Numbered from the stretch's first letter, positions 51,728 through 61,317 are shown. The stretch is DNA of 64,000 nt from Planctomycetota bacterium (GCA_021776795.1 JAJFFC010000014.1:217771-281770); one strand, 5' to 3'. Program-made: numbers and translations. Notes: generated by a model from the letters alone, not told the origin.

Positions 51728-52057
51728 CTATGTGTTGCCCCCGGCCCACATCATAAAACTCAGCAAACTCACCAGGGCCCAAAGGCCAACATAGGCAATG
51801 CTGAAGAACAGCGGCAAAATATAGCGAGCTGGCAAAAATCCATCGAAGCGGTAGCGCTGCATCCGCAGGAAAGCGGCGAGCACGCTCACCGGCGGAAAGA
51901 TATAAACCAGATGATGCCACCAATGCCGTTGGTAAGGGAACAAATCATCGAAAGGCGGCATCGAATTGGGGAAAACAAATAATAAGCCCAACCCCATGAC
52001 GGATAAAGCGGCGGCAGTCATTACGCAACGACCGGCGAGCTTAGCCTTTTGCTCCAT
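51728..52057 (-). CDS. Small hypothetical membrane protein
   Basis: Three hydrophobic segments from ATG 52057; distant resemblance to 54556-54882 and 54896-55177. Confidence 0.6.
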   Translation of the reverse strand: MEQKAKLAGRCVMTAAALSVMGLGLLFVFPNSMPPFDDLFPYQRHWWHHLVYIFPPVSVLAAFLRMQRYRFDGFLPARYILPLFFSIAYVGLWALVSLLSFMMWAGGNT

Positions 52058-52065
52058 ACCGGAGT

Positions 52066-52767
52066 TTACAAGCGAATACGCAGGTCGCCGAAGCTTTCTC
52101 GAGCGTAAGTTAAGCAAGCTCCAATAAAGGTAATGATGCCGGCCATTTCCATGCCCTCTTCCAAAGTCGCGAGCAGACTGTAGTTCCAATGTTCCATGCA
52201 GCATTGTTCGGTGTAGTAGCCGCCAGCAATGTCGACGAAGCAGGAGCCAACTACGAACAGCGTGCCGGCAATCAGGAAGCGGTTGCGTGTGGCTTTCGGC
52301 AGCCAGATCAAAAAGCGTAGGAAGAACAGGCCAAGGATTCCCACAATGATCATGCCTGGAATCACCCAGGCAAAGTGGAAGATTCCCCATTCCTCACCGC
52401 CAAGCATTTCGCGGGTTGGGGTGGTCCAGTTTTCATGCACCTGAAAGCCTTCGTCGTAGGACATGAAAAGCATGCCTGCACTCAAGGTTGCCCACTTCCA
52501 TACATGTGGGAGCTTGCGCTGCCGCTGCTGTAACGTGATGAACAGCAAAGTCATCGAAGCGAGGAACAGGATGCAAACCGAAAAATAGGCCGGCACATTG
52601 CGCTCATAGTCGACGTAGGTCAATACGACCAGGCCCTTGAGCGTGTCATGCCCCAAGAAGTACTTGGAGAACTGCCCGGCCATGCTCATCGCCAAAATCA
52701 GTCCCCAGGCGCACCACAGGACACGCTGGATACGGGCGATTGGGAAGATTTGCTCGCGGACTTCCAT
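52066..52767 (-). CDS. Conserved-type polytopic membrane protein of unknown function
   Basis: About 6 TMs; ERNVPAYFS, MSYDEGFQVHE and ATLEEGMEMAG motifs. Confidence 0.75.
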   Translation of the reverse strand: MEVREQIFPIARIQRVLWCAWGLILAMSMAGQFSKYFLGHDTLKGLVVLTYVDYERNVPAYFSVCILFLASMTLLFITLQQRQRKLPHVWKWATLSAGMLFMSYDEGFQVHENWTTPTREMLGGEEWGIFHFAWVIPGMIIVGILGLFFLRFLIWLPKATRNRFLIAGTLFVVGSCFVDIAGGYYTEQCCMEHWNYSLLATLEEGMEMAGIITFIGACLTYARESFGDLRIRL

Positions 52768-52842
52768 GACAGGCAGAAGCTGGCCAGAGGGCCATTTGCC
52801 TGTATCGGCAAGTCCGCCCAAGTGACTCAAGGCCGGCGAACC

Positions 52843-54507
52843 CTAGGCGGAGGTTTCGCTGGCGGGTTGCCCCATCCGGCGGCGCAGTTGAGCCGCTAGG
52901 CGCATACCCACCAAACGCTCTTCGTCGACGACTTCATGTGCCCCGCCTTGTTGAAGCTCGGCCAGGAAGCGGTGATAGCGGGCGCGCGCAATGATGTGCA
53001 CTTCTGGGGCAATCGAGCGGATGAGCGCCACAATGCTGCGCGCGGCAGCAGGATCGGGAATCGTCACCACCACTGCTTTGGCAGTGGAAATGCCAGCATG
53101 CTCTAAAACATCGGCATGCATAGCGTCACCGATATGGCCGATGAAACCCAGTTGATTCGCGCGAGACTTAGAATTGGGATTGAGGTCAATCACGGCAACG
53201 CATTTGGACAAGCCTTGGACCTTCTGCGCCACGGCTTCTCCCGCCGGGCCAAAACCAATGATGATGTAATGGTCTTCATGAGCCTCTTGCGCCTTCTCTG
53301 CTTGACTGGTGGGCGCGGTGATCAGGCCCATCTTGCTCAGTGTATTGACGCAAGCCAAAGAAATGCGTGGCGCGAGAGCCACCAAGTACGGCGAAAGAAA
53401 AAGTGTGGTGATGGTCGCGGAGATCACTAAGGCAAAAAGCCCTTCGCTGATGACCGTGCCACGACCGACTTCGGCCAATACAAAGGAAAATTCCCCCGCC
53501 TGGCCGAGGCAAATGCCAGTGGCCAGGGCATTGGTGTGCGACAGCCCAAAGCGATGCAGAATGATCCAAATCAAGATCGCTTTGCCGACGATAATCGTGG
53601 CCACAGCAGCAAGCACTAATGGTAAGTTCTGTACGAACCATACCGGATCGCCGAGCATGCCAATGGCACTAAAGAACAAGGTCACCAAAAGCGTGCGTAA
53701 CGAGGCAATGTCGGCTCGAATCTGAGTGGCGAATGGCGATTCCGCGAGCAACATGCCAGCCACGAAAGCGCCAAGTGCTGGCGATAGGCCAAACTGATGT
53801 GCTCCCCACGCCGACCCCAAACCAGTGACCGAGGTCAGCAGAATCGGGAAATCACGGTTGCGCTGCAGCGAGGGCAAATCCATCACCCGTGGCATCACGC
53901 GGTTGAACAGGATGTACATCACGAAAATCAACACCCCGGCCCAGGCCAAGGTCTTGAAAATGTCGAGCCCCATTTGGCCAAGCGAACCGCTGCCGCCAAT
54001 CGCGGTCACTAACAGCACCAGCGGGACCAGGGCAATGTCCTGCATCAGCAAAATGCCCAAGGCGTGGCGGCCATGCACGCTTTCCAACTCGGCGCGGGAA
54101 ATCAAGACACGCAACACGCAGGCGGTGCTGCTAAGCGCCACAATCGCGCCGAGAGCGACCGAGGTTTGCCAACCCAGGCCGAAGATGGCGGCGATTCCCG
54201 CGGCCACCCCTAGGGTGATGCCAACCTGCGCGGCGCCACCGCCAAGAGCTGCCCCACCGAGGCTCTTCAAACGGCTCCAGGAGAACTCTAGGCCGATGGT
54301 GAACAGCAACAGCGCCACGCCCAGCTCGGCTAGAGAGGAAACCTCCTTGGCGCTGGAAATGGCCTCGAGGGCATTCGGGCCAAGCAGGGTGCCCGCAGCA
54401 AGGTAGCCCAAAATCGGGCTTTGGCGCAGGCGTTCGCACACCACTCCAAACACCAGAGCGGTGCCCAGGAGAATCAGAATGTCGAACAGTCCCGCCCAGA
54501 GGTCCAT
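52843..54507 (-). CDS. CPA2-family cation:proton antiporter with a TrkA-N domain (KefC/YbaL-like)
   Basis: AELGVALLLFTIGLE, LSSTA, GILLMQDI, LGAFVAGMLLAES, QAGEFSFVL and IIIGFGPAG. Confidence 0.93.
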   Translation of the reverse strand: MDLWAGLFDILILLGTALVFGVVCERLRQSPILGYLAAGTLLGPNALEAISSAKEVSSLAELGVALLLFTIGLEFSWSRLKSLGGAALGGGAAQVGITLGVAAGIAAIFGLGWQTSVALGAIVALSSTACVLRVLISRAELESVHGRHALGILLMQDIALVPLVLLVTAIGGSGSLGQMGLDIFKTLAWAGVLIFVMYILFNRVMPRVMDLPSLQRNRDFPILLTSVTGLGSAWGAHQFGLSPALGAFVAGMLLAESPFATQIRADIASLRTLLVTLFFSAIGMLGDPVWFVQNLPLVLAAVATIIVGKAILIWIILHRFGLSHTNALATGICLGQAGEFSFVLAEVGRGTVISEGLFALVISATITTLFLSPYLVALAPRISLACVNTLSKMGLITAPTSQAEKAQEAHEDHYIIIGFGPAGEAVAQKVQGLSKCVAVIDLNPNSKSRANQLGFIGHIGDAMHADVLEHAGISTAKAVVVTIPDPAAARSIVALIRSIAPEVHIIARARYHRFLAELQQGGAHEVVDEERLVGMRLAAQLRRRMGQPASETSA

Positions 54508-54555
54508 GGCGGCTATGGTCGCAAATGAGGGGGTAGATTCCTAGCGGTTCTTGCT

Positions 54556-54882
54556 CTAATCCTCGTCGAGGGAGAACCAGATATCAGCATAAAGTCCTAT
54601 GAGGAGGACGAAGCACGCCAAAAGGAAAATCAAAGGATAGGTGGCATGCCAAGGCACATTGCCTCCTCGGCGTACCGCGGGAACCAAGAGCAATGCCAGG
54701 GGAATCATGGCCGGCAACATCGGTAATAGCGGGAAGAGCCACTCCATCAGAGGAATAAGCTCGAACCCCCATGCGAATATGCCAAAGGTTTGGCGTGGGA
54801 AAAACCATACCGAGGCATAACTCAACAATGCCATCATTGCGGATAGCCAGATCAAAGCTCCAACACGGTTGCGCGGCTTCAT
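54556..54882 (-). CDS. Small membrane protein (paralog of 54896-55177)
   Basis: RVGALIWL...WFFPR...RRGGNVPWHATYP...LY...W..LD. Confidence 0.7.
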   Translation of the reverse strand: MKPRNRVGALIWLSAMMALLSYASVWFFPRQTFGIFAWGFELIPLMEWLFPLLPMLPAMIPLALLLVPAVRRGGNVPWHATYPLIFLLACFVLLIGLYADIWFSLDED

Positions 54883-54895
54883 CGGAGGAGAGATG

Positions 54896-55177
54896 TTAAG
54901 CGTCGAGCGGGAAGGCAATCCACCACCAACCATAAAGTACGGATAAAAGGAACAGATAAATGGAGAGCAAAAACATCGGCAAAATGGCGTGGTTGGGAAC
55001 GTAGCCTCCGCGCCGTGGGAATGCTTCGATCAATATCAAGACGACACCACCAGTCATCATGAGGAACAGTGAATTTCTGGGCCATATCCACAGAAATATT
55101 TGTGACGCCAACGAAACTCCGAGCGCCAACCAAATCAGATTTCCAGTGCGTTTGGCGCCAGGGTGCACGGAATCCAT
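54896..55177 (-). CDS. Small membrane protein (paralog of 54556-54882)
   Basis: RTGNLIWL...WIWPR...RRGGYVPNHAILP...LY..W...LD. Confidence 0.7.
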   Translation of the reverse strand: MDSVHPGAKRTGNLIWLALGVSLASQIFLWIWPRNSLFLMMTGGVVLILIEAFPRRGGYVPNHAILPMFLLSIYLFLLSVLYGWWWIAFPLDA

Positions 55178-55179
55178 GT

Positions 55180-55671
55180 TCAGCTAAATACGACCAAGGC
55201 CGCCACATAGGTCACGCTAAGTAAGACATTCATGACAATCATGGCAAATGCGAAACGGCGCTGGCCTTGAGTGAAATCACTCCATCTCTGGTGATCAAAG
55301 ACCTTGCGATGCCACCAAAAGGCTGCGAAGAAGAAAACGGGGAAGATCAGGCCAAGGACTCCCGCGAATCCGATGACATGCATGAAGTCCCGGCGCTCCT
55401 TCTCGGCGTATTCTTCCGGCGTCAGTTGCGGAAGGTCCTTGAGCCGTTGCGTCTCGTGCACACCAAGGATTTCTTGTGCGGCAACCGAATCTTGCAGGGC
55501 AACCAATAGTTTGCAGTAGCCAATGGCATGACCATGCCCATAATGAAGGCCAGAGGTTGCTTCATCGAGCACATGGGTCGAAATTCCCTCCGCCTCTAAA
55601 AGGGAAGCATGAAGGTGGGCAAGGGAAATATTTTCATAGCGCCCAAGAAGGAATCGATCTTGAGTGTCCAT
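55180..55671 (-). CDS. DUF2007-like domain protein with C-terminal TM helices
   Basis: AHLHASLLEAEGI..HVLDE...KLLV..QD...AQEIL pattern followed by two hydrophobic segments. Confidence 0.75.
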   Translation of the reverse strand: MDTQDRFLLGRYENISLAHLHASLLEAEGISTHVLDEATSGLHYGHGHAIGYCKLLVALQDSVAAQEILGVHETQRLKDLPQLTPEEYAEKERRDFMHVIGFAGVLGLIFPVFFFAAFWWHRKVFDHQRWSDFTQGQRRFAFAMIVMNVLLSVTYVAALVVFS

Positions 55672-55680
55672 GAGATGACA

Positions 55681-55717
55681 AATAAGGAGAGAGGCCGAAG
55701 CAATATGCTCCGGCCTC
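55681..55717 (-). terminator. Probable intrinsic terminator after the DUF3332-like gene
   Basis: Minus-strand stem GAGGCCGGAGCA/TGCTTCGGCCTC (one G-U pair) followed by a pyrimidine-rich tail TCTCCTTATT. Confidence 0.6.
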
Positions 55718-55731
55718 AGAACAAACAGAAC

Positions 55732-56076
55732 CTAGTTCTTCTTCATGAAGCCGTCGTTTGGCGACATGTTCAGACTGTCTAGGTGGCCATCGGTGTCGCT
55801 GACCTCGGCGTGATCGAAGTTGGTGCCGTTGTCATCCCAGACGTCTTCAGACCAGAAGAAGTAGGGGTTCACAATCAACACGTCGCCAAGAGTGGCCACG
55901 AAGTCGATCAAAGGAATCACCGGAATCACGTGCAGAACGCCGTTCATCAGTGGCTTTTCGACATACATTTCGCGGTCCCAGTCATCGACGGAACGTTGAA
56001 GCTGCTTAGGACCGGCGGAGCACGACACCATGGTGGCGGCAAGGCCGAGGAAGAGTAGAGCCTTCAAGGTTTTCAT
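55732..56076 (-). CDS. DUF3332-like lipoprotein
   Basis: MKTLKALLFLGLAATMVSC lipobox; LHVIPVIP...GDVLIVNPYFFW pattern. Confidence 0.7.
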   Translation of the reverse strand: MKTLKALLFLGLAATMVSCSAGPKQLQRSVDDWDREMYVEKPLMNGVLHVIPVIPLIDFVATLGDVLIVNPYFFWSEDVWDDNGTNFDHAEVSDTDGHLDSLNMSPNDGFMKKN

Positions 56077-56199
56077 GATTGCTTGCGATGATAGCAATCT
56101 GCACTCCCTCACTAAAGGTGACTTATGAGCCATATCTTGGCCTGAAATTTGGAGGAAGGCCTGAGCGCCCCGATAATCCCAGTTCCTGAGGCTCCTACC

Positions 56200-57576
56200 A
56201 TGCATGAATTCGACGTAATTGTTCTCGGCGGCGGCACAGCCGGCACTGCGGCAGCCAAAACTGCCGCCCAAAATGGCGCGCGCACCGTCATGTTCAACGA
56301 TGGCGAGCTCGGCGGCTTGTGCATTCTTCGTGGTTGCATGCCGACCAAAACGCTACTTCACGCGGCGCACTTGAAGCATGAAGCGGAACACCATCGCACG
56401 CCTGGGATTGGGCGCCAGCCCTTGGCCGCCGATTTCCAAGCCGTGATGGAGAACAAGGAGATCAAGGTCACACGCTTTAAGCGCGCCAAGATTTCCGGGA
56501 TTGAATCCGGAGGCTACACCGTGATCGATGCCCGCGCGCACTTCATTGGCAAGGACACCGTTGAAGCCAATGGCGAGACCTACCGCTTCACTAAGGGTGC
56601 GGTCATTGCCGTCGGTTCTAGCGTGGTCGAGCCTCCTATTCCGGGCCTTGCTGAAACGCCCTACTGGACTAGCGACGATGTCCTCAGCCTGACCGAACTG
56701 CCAGAGTCGGTTGCCGTGATTGGCAGCGGCGCCATCGGCCTGGAGCTTGCCCAGTTCTTGGCGCGCATGGGTACCCGCGTCGAGTTAATTAGCCGACGCC
56801 CGGTATTCGCCGACTATGGTCCGGCTGTGGCCGAAGAAATGGCGGGCAGTTTGAACGACGAACCCAACTTAAACAGTCATGCCCCCGGAACACCGGTCGC
56901 CATTCGCCAGCAGGGCACCGGAATCATTGTGGAGGTAGAAAAGGCAAACGGCACCGAAGTGGTGCAAGCCCAACACCTCTTGGTTGCCACCGGGCGCCGG
57001 GCCGCAGTCGAAGGACTGGGCCTGGAACAAGCTGGAGTGGAACTCGAACGCGGTCGCGTGAAAACCGGCGCAGACATGCGCACCACCAATCCCAAGATTT
57101 TTGTCGCCGGCGATGCCACTGGCGATCGCCAGTTGCTGCACGTGGCGAATTGGGAAGGCACGACTGCGGGCATCGGCGCCTCGGGCGCAGAAGAAATCCC
57201 ACCGGTAGAACAACGCCTGCATATGGAAGTCGTGTTCACCGATCCACCTCTAGCTTCGATTGGCATGACCGAAGAAGCCGCACGCAAAGCGGGCGAACAA
57301 GTCCTCACCGCCGAAGCGCGATTAGCGCAAACCGGGCGCGCCATCACCATGGACGTGGCGCATGGCGTCATGCGCTTGGTCGCCAAGGCCGACACTGGTG
57401 AAATCCTGGGCGCGCAAATCCTGGGGCCGCGTGCCGATGACATCATCCATGCCGTTAGCACCTTGATGTACTATCACGGCACCGCACAGGACATGCTGAG
57501 CATGCCTTGGTACCACCCCACCATCTCCGAAGTTTTGCTGAGCTTAGCGCGCGAAATCGAAGCGCAAACGGCCTAA
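56200..57576 (+). CDS. Class I pyridine nucleotide-disulfide oxidoreductase (dihydrolipoamide dehydrogenase-like)
   Basis: GGGTAG, GGLCILRGCMPTK redox disulfide, GSGAIGLE, AGD and C-terminal YHPTISE. Confidence 0.9.
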   Translation: MHEFDVIVLGGGTAGTAAAKTAAQNGARTVMFNDGELGGLCILRGCMPTKTLLHAAHLKHEAEHHRTPGIGRQPLAADFQAVMENKEIKVTRFKRAKISGIESGGYTVIDARAHFIGKDTVEANGETYRFTKGAVIAVGSSVVEPPIPGLAETPYWTSDDVLSLTELPESVAVIGSGAIGLELAQFLARMGTRVELISRRPVFADYGPAVAEEMAGSLNDEPNLNSHAPGTPVAIRQQGTGIIVEVEKANGTEVVQAQHLLVATGRRAAVEGLGLEQAGVELERGRVKTGADMRTTNPKIFVAGDATGDRQLLHVANWEGTTAGIGASGAEEIPPVEQRLHMEVVFTDPPLASIGMTEEAARKAGEQVLTAEARLAQTGRAITMDVAHGVMRLVAKADTGEILGAQILGPRADDIIHAVSTLMYYHGTAQDMLSMPWYHPTISEVLLSLAREIEAQTA

Positions 57577-58025
57577 GTGGATTCGCCTAGAAAACGGCGG
57601 ATGCCTTGGAAGGTGTCTTTCCAACCTTGCACGCAGCCAGCGAGGTGAGCATCGGCGGCTTCTCCCAACGGAAAACCGTCTTGGGTCACGCGCAGGATGG
57701 TGCCATCGGTCAGCGGAATGATCAAAAACTCGGTGACGAAATCCGCCTCAAAGGGAAGCTTTCCTGCCTTGGCGTGATATTGGTAGTTGCCTAACACCAG
57801 CCGCCGTGGAGCCTCAAAACTAAGAATCGTGGCGGCTGCGGTGTAATCCGGTTCATCCTCCTGTTCACCCCAGGCCGCTGCCCAAGTTCCCCCGACTTCG
57901 GGAATCACGATGGCCCGCGAGGCACTCCACCAATCGCGAATCGAGGACGGCGTGTGCAATAGGGCAAATAACTCCTCTGGCGGAGCGGCAAATTTCTCTT
58001 CATGAACGTGTTTGCGTTTGCTCAT
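57573..58025 (-). CDS. SRPBCC/AHSA1-domain protein
   Basis: APPEELFALL.TP..IRDWW...VGG...FEAPRRLV...GTILRVTQDGF...GWK. Confidence 0.85.
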   Translation of the reverse strand: MSKRKHVHEEKFAAPPEELFALLHTPSSIRDWWSASRAIVIPEVGGTWAAAWGEQEDEPDYTAAATILSFEAPRRLVLGNYQYHAKAGKLPFEADFVTEFLIIPLTDGTILRVTQDGFPLGEAADAHLAGCVQGWKDTFQGIRRFLGEST

Positions 58026-58115
58026 ACTGCTGCCGAGCATACGTCATTTCCTGCTGGACCAGCCAATGGAACAGCAGATTATGCCGGAGCCCCACGGCCC
58101 CCCTAGAATCACGGC

Positions 58116-59642
58116 ATGGAAGCCGCACCAGGAAGGCGTGAGCGACTCGGACGCTGGCTGGTGCCAGCAGCCGCGTTGTTGCTATTCCTATTCGGCGACC
58201 TCGACCCAGAGCGCCCAGAAGTCACGCGCATGGCCGCGGTAGCCGTATTAATGGCCGGCTGGTGGATTACCGAAGCGATTCCGATACCTGCCACGTCTAT
58301 GCTCCCGGTGGCTCTGTTCCCTTTGCTGGGAATTCTGGATGGGCGCACCACCGCGGCGACTTATTTTAACCACCTGATCTTCCTATTCATCGGTGGTTTC
58401 CTCTTCGCACTGTCCATGCAGCGCTGGGATTTACACCGGCGGATTGCGCTAAGGATTCTACGCATGCTCGGCACCAGTGCGCCGATGGTTGTGCTCGGTT
58501 TCATGGCGTCGACCTGGTTCCTCAGCATGTGGATCAGCAATACGGCATCGACCATGATGATGGTGCCCATGGCGCTGGCCATCTTGGTCCCCTTCAAGGA
58601 GCATCTTGAGAAAGACCAAGCCCGACGGCTCGGCATTGCATTAATTCTGGGCGTGGCTTACTCGGCCTCGATTGGCGGCATGGCCACGTTGATTGGTACG
58701 CCTCCGAACCTGAGCTTCGCGCGGATTCTCGAAATCGTGTTCCCGCAAGCACCGGAGATTAGCTTTGCCGATTGGTTTATGTTCGCGTTGCCGACGTCAG
58801 CCATCTTCGTCACCATTGCTTGGTTCGTGTTGTGCCGCCTTGCCCGTCTTCCGCGCGGCCCTATGCCCGTCGGCGCCGATTTATTCGCCAAAGAGCATGC
58901 CGAAATGGGCCCAATGACCAGCGAACAACGCTGGATTGGCGGCTTATTCCTGACCTTGGTCTTCGGCTGGATGTTCCGCGCCGACATGGAGATCTTCGGC
59001 GCTGTCATCCCCGGTTGGTCACGGATTCTGCCAGACCCTTCCATGGCCGACGACGGCACCGTGGCGATTGTGGTTGCGCTTTTGCTGTTCTTGATTCCCG
59101 CAAAGTCTAAGCCCGGTCAGGCCTTGATGGACTGGCAGGGCGCCAAAGGTATTCGCTGGGGCATCGTGCTGCTCTTTGGTGGCGGCTTTGCCCTTGCCAA
59201 AGGATTTCTATCAAGTGGCCTTTCCGATTGGTTTGGTCAGCAACTGGCGGCGCTTTCAGGTGTCCCTCCCCTAGTGTTGGTGCTGGTGGTGTGCTTCACC
59301 ATTACCTTCTTGACCGAGTTGACTTCGAATATGGCCACTACCGAAGTGGTGCTTCCGGTGCTCGCGGCGATGGCGGTCGCGGTGGAAATCGATCCCTTGC
59401 TGCTGATGATTCCTGCAACCCTATCGGCCTCTTGCGCCTTCATGTTGCCCGTCGCGACTGCCCCCAATGCCATCGCCTTCGGCTCCGGAGAAATCAAAAT
59501 CACCGACATGATGCGCTATGGATTCCTATTGAACCTAATTGGCATCGTCTTGATTGTGGCCACGATCTTTCTGATTGGAGTGACTGTGTTGGATATCGAA
59601 CCCGGCGTGCTACCGGAGTGGGCGAAGGAAAGCTCTCCCTAG
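58116..59642 (+). CDS. DASS/SLC13 sodium-dependent di/tricarboxylate or sulfate transporter
   Basis: WWITEAIP, LSMWISNTA, GGMATLIGTPPN, TELTSNMAT and FMLPVATAPNAI. Confidence 0.93.
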   Translation: MEAAPGRRERLGRWLVPAAALLLFLFGDLDPERPEVTRMAAVAVLMAGWWITEAIPIPATSMLPVALFPLLGILDGRTTAATYFNHLIFLFIGGFLFALSMQRWDLHRRIALRILRMLGTSAPMVVLGFMASTWFLSMWISNTASTMMMVPMALAILVPFKEHLEKDQARRLGIALILGVAYSASIGGMATLIGTPPNLSFARILEIVFPQAPEISFADWFMFALPTSAIFVTIAWFVLCRLARLPRGPMPVGADLFAKEHAEMGPMTSEQRWIGGLFLTLVFGWMFRADMEIFGAVIPGWSRILPDPSMADDGTVAIVVALLLFLIPAKSKPGQALMDWQGAKGIRWGIVLLFGGGFALAKGFLSSGLSDWFGQQLAALSGVPPLVLVLVVCFTITFLTELTSNMATTEVVLPVLAAMAVAVEIDPLLLMIPATLSASCAFMLPVATAPNAIAFGSGEIKITDMMRYGFLLNLIGIVLIVATIFLIGVTVLDIEPGVLPEWAKESSP

Positions 59643-59923
59643 GCCACTTGGTAGATATTGATCTCCGGATCTTGCGCAAGAAGACTTGGTAGTTGTCCCC
59701 CTAGCTTCACAAAATGCGGGGCGGCAAAGTGGGCATCAATCGCTGCTTGGTCGCGCCAGTGTTCATAGAACAGCACTTTGTTGGGGTCTTCCTGGTCCTG
59801 GTAAAACTGATAACGCAGGCAGCCGTCCTCTTCTTGAGTCGGCGCAATCATGGAGCGTAGCGCTTGTTTCAGGGAATCCAGCTGACCAGGAGCAGCAATC
59901 ATGTCGACGGCGATGATGAGCAT
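59639..59923 (-). CDS. ABM-family (putative quinol) monooxygenase
   Basis: EDGCLRYQFYQD...FYEHW...AIDAHFAAPHF. Confidence 0.88.
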   Translation of the reverse strand: MLIIAVDMIAAPGQLDSLKQALRSMIAPTQEEDGCLRYQFYQDQEDPNKVLFYEHWRDQAAIDAHFAAPHFVKLGGQLPSLLAQDPEINIYQVA

Positions 59924-59966
59924 GCCGCCTATGTTAGCGGAAAGGCTCCCCTACAGGATGAATAGG

Positions 59967-60503
59967 CTAGAAGGAGGCGAGATCGATTCCGGATTCCGTG
60001 TATTTAGGAGTCGATCTCCAACCGAAGAACCACAAGAAACGGCGCTCTTTCGATTCGCGCATGCCCAGCCGAGTGTCGACCTTCTCTCGGTGCGACTGGA
60101 ACAAGCCCCAGAGATACGAATTGTATTCATGGTGCTCCGACAGATTGCGAAACGAGTCGTAGCGCGTCACCTTGGCCTGAATGACTCCAAATAGCGGAAG
60201 GTAGGCATCGACATTGGCCTCAACGAAACTGCCAGAGATTCCCTCATCACTTGATTCTGAGAACACTTGCAGATGAGTGTGGGCCAGAGGAATCATGCTC
60301 AAATCGAATAGATCTTGAGGGTGCTTCTCGCCCTGTTGATGACCAAGGTCATGGACCAAGCGGTCTACTCTCGGTGAACCGCTAATCGCAGCGATTCCGT
60401 CGAAGTTATAGTTCTGAGCCGCACAGCTGCCGAAAATGGTGACAAGCATGAGGAGCAGTGCCGAAAATCCCGCTTGAAGGAAACGATGGGAAGTGGTGAT
60501 CAT
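59967..60503 (-). CDS. Hypothetical lipoprotein
   Basis: Lipobox IFGSC; 4-nt overlap with the upstream DUF2306 gene; LWGLF/FLWFF C-terminal motifs. Confidence 0.65.
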   Translation of the reverse strand: MITTSHRFLQAGFSALLLMLVTIFGSCAAQNYNFDGIAAISGSPRVDRLVHDLGHQQGEKHPQDLFDLSMIPLAHTHLQVFSESSDEGISGSFVEANVDAYLPLFGVIQAKVTRYDSFRNLSEHHEYNSYLWGLFQSHREKVDTRLGMRESKERRFLWFFGWRSTPKYTESGIDLASF

Positions 60504-61201
60504 GAGATTGGTTTGAGAGTTTTGAGGGAAATGGGTGTGCGACGGTTTTTACGGATGAGAATCCATTCCACAAAAATCACGTTGATGGCCCAACTGGCGC
60601 CCATCAAGTAGGCACGCTCGGTTAAGGAAATTGGGCCCATGAAAAGGGCCCAAAGGATGAACATCACTACCTGGGTTCCAGCGCCCATGCCAATGGCATA
60701 GGTCCGCATCATCCAGGCACCGTGTTGCGCAAATTCTCGACGGAGAAGCGCGCGAATCCCGAGCAGGGTGCAAGCAATCATGCCTAGGCCAAACACCACT
60801 CGAAACAGGGACAGCAAATCGCCATCATGGGCTGGAAGCTCTTGAAAGGCCTCCATCCATAGGCCGGTAATGGCCGCCACTAGGGCACTCGGCATGAACA
60901 AGGCACCGCGGATGCGGTGGCGCTTTGGCTTTCGACGCGGGCCTGCGCTGAACTGGAAAGCCCCGAGAAAGGCAAACAGCGCGCAAGAGATACCATGCAG
61001 CGTGACCGCGGTAGGCGAATCAAAGAATCGTTGATTGGCTGCGGTAACCTCACCTCCAAAGGAGAGGTGAAGTGCGCGATAAACTCCGCCCAGTGCCGGA
61101 ACGGCAGCCAACAGCAGCAACAAACTGGGGACAACCCAGTGGCGCCGAGACGGCTTCGCATCGCGCCGCTGCGAAGAAGTCGAAGGTTTCCATCGATGCA
61201 T
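60500..61201 (-). CDS. DUF2306-family membrane protein
   Basis: LHG...LGAFQF...HRIRG...TGLWM...HGAWMMRTYAIGMGAGTQ...WAINVIFVEW. Confidence 0.85.
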   Translation of the reverse strand: MHRWKPSTSSQRRDAKPSRRHWVVPSLLLLLAAVPALGGVYRALHLSFGGEVTAANQRFFDSPTAVTLHGISCALFAFLGAFQFSAGPRRKPKRHRIRGALFMPSALVAAITGLWMEAFQELPAHDGDLLSLFRVVFGLGMIACTLLGIRALLRREFAQHGAWMMRTYAIGMGAGTQVVMFILWALFMGPISLTERAYLMGASWAINVIFVEWILIRKNRRTPISLKTLKPIS

Positions 61202-61260
61202 TGGCGCCAAGCTTAGCCCTCAAAACCGAATGCGCCATTGGGCAATAGAACGGTTTTGTA

Positions 61261-61300
61261 CTGCCCGAATGGATGAGAAGCTTCTCGTACTTTAGGAGGA
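61261..61300. promoter_or_regulatory. Tandem NarL/LiaR-type response-regulator boxes upstream of the DUF2306 gene
   Basis: TCGTACTTTAGGAGGA (61285-61300) fits TCnnnCTnnAGnnnGA; weaker copy CTGCCCGAATGGATGA (61261-61276); -10-like TAAGCT on the minus strand at 61210-61215. Confidence 0.55.
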
Positions 61301-61317
61301 GAAGAGCCCTTCGCTGC

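Noticed and set aside
56098-56124. CIRCE-like half site TCTGCACTC
   Set aside because: The right half does not match GAGTGCTAA, and no chaperone gene is adjacent
56200-57576. Mercuric reductase call, and a metal-resistance island together with chrA
   Set aside because: No C-terminal Cys pair, NmerA domain or mer genes; chrA is 8 kb away with no mobility genes
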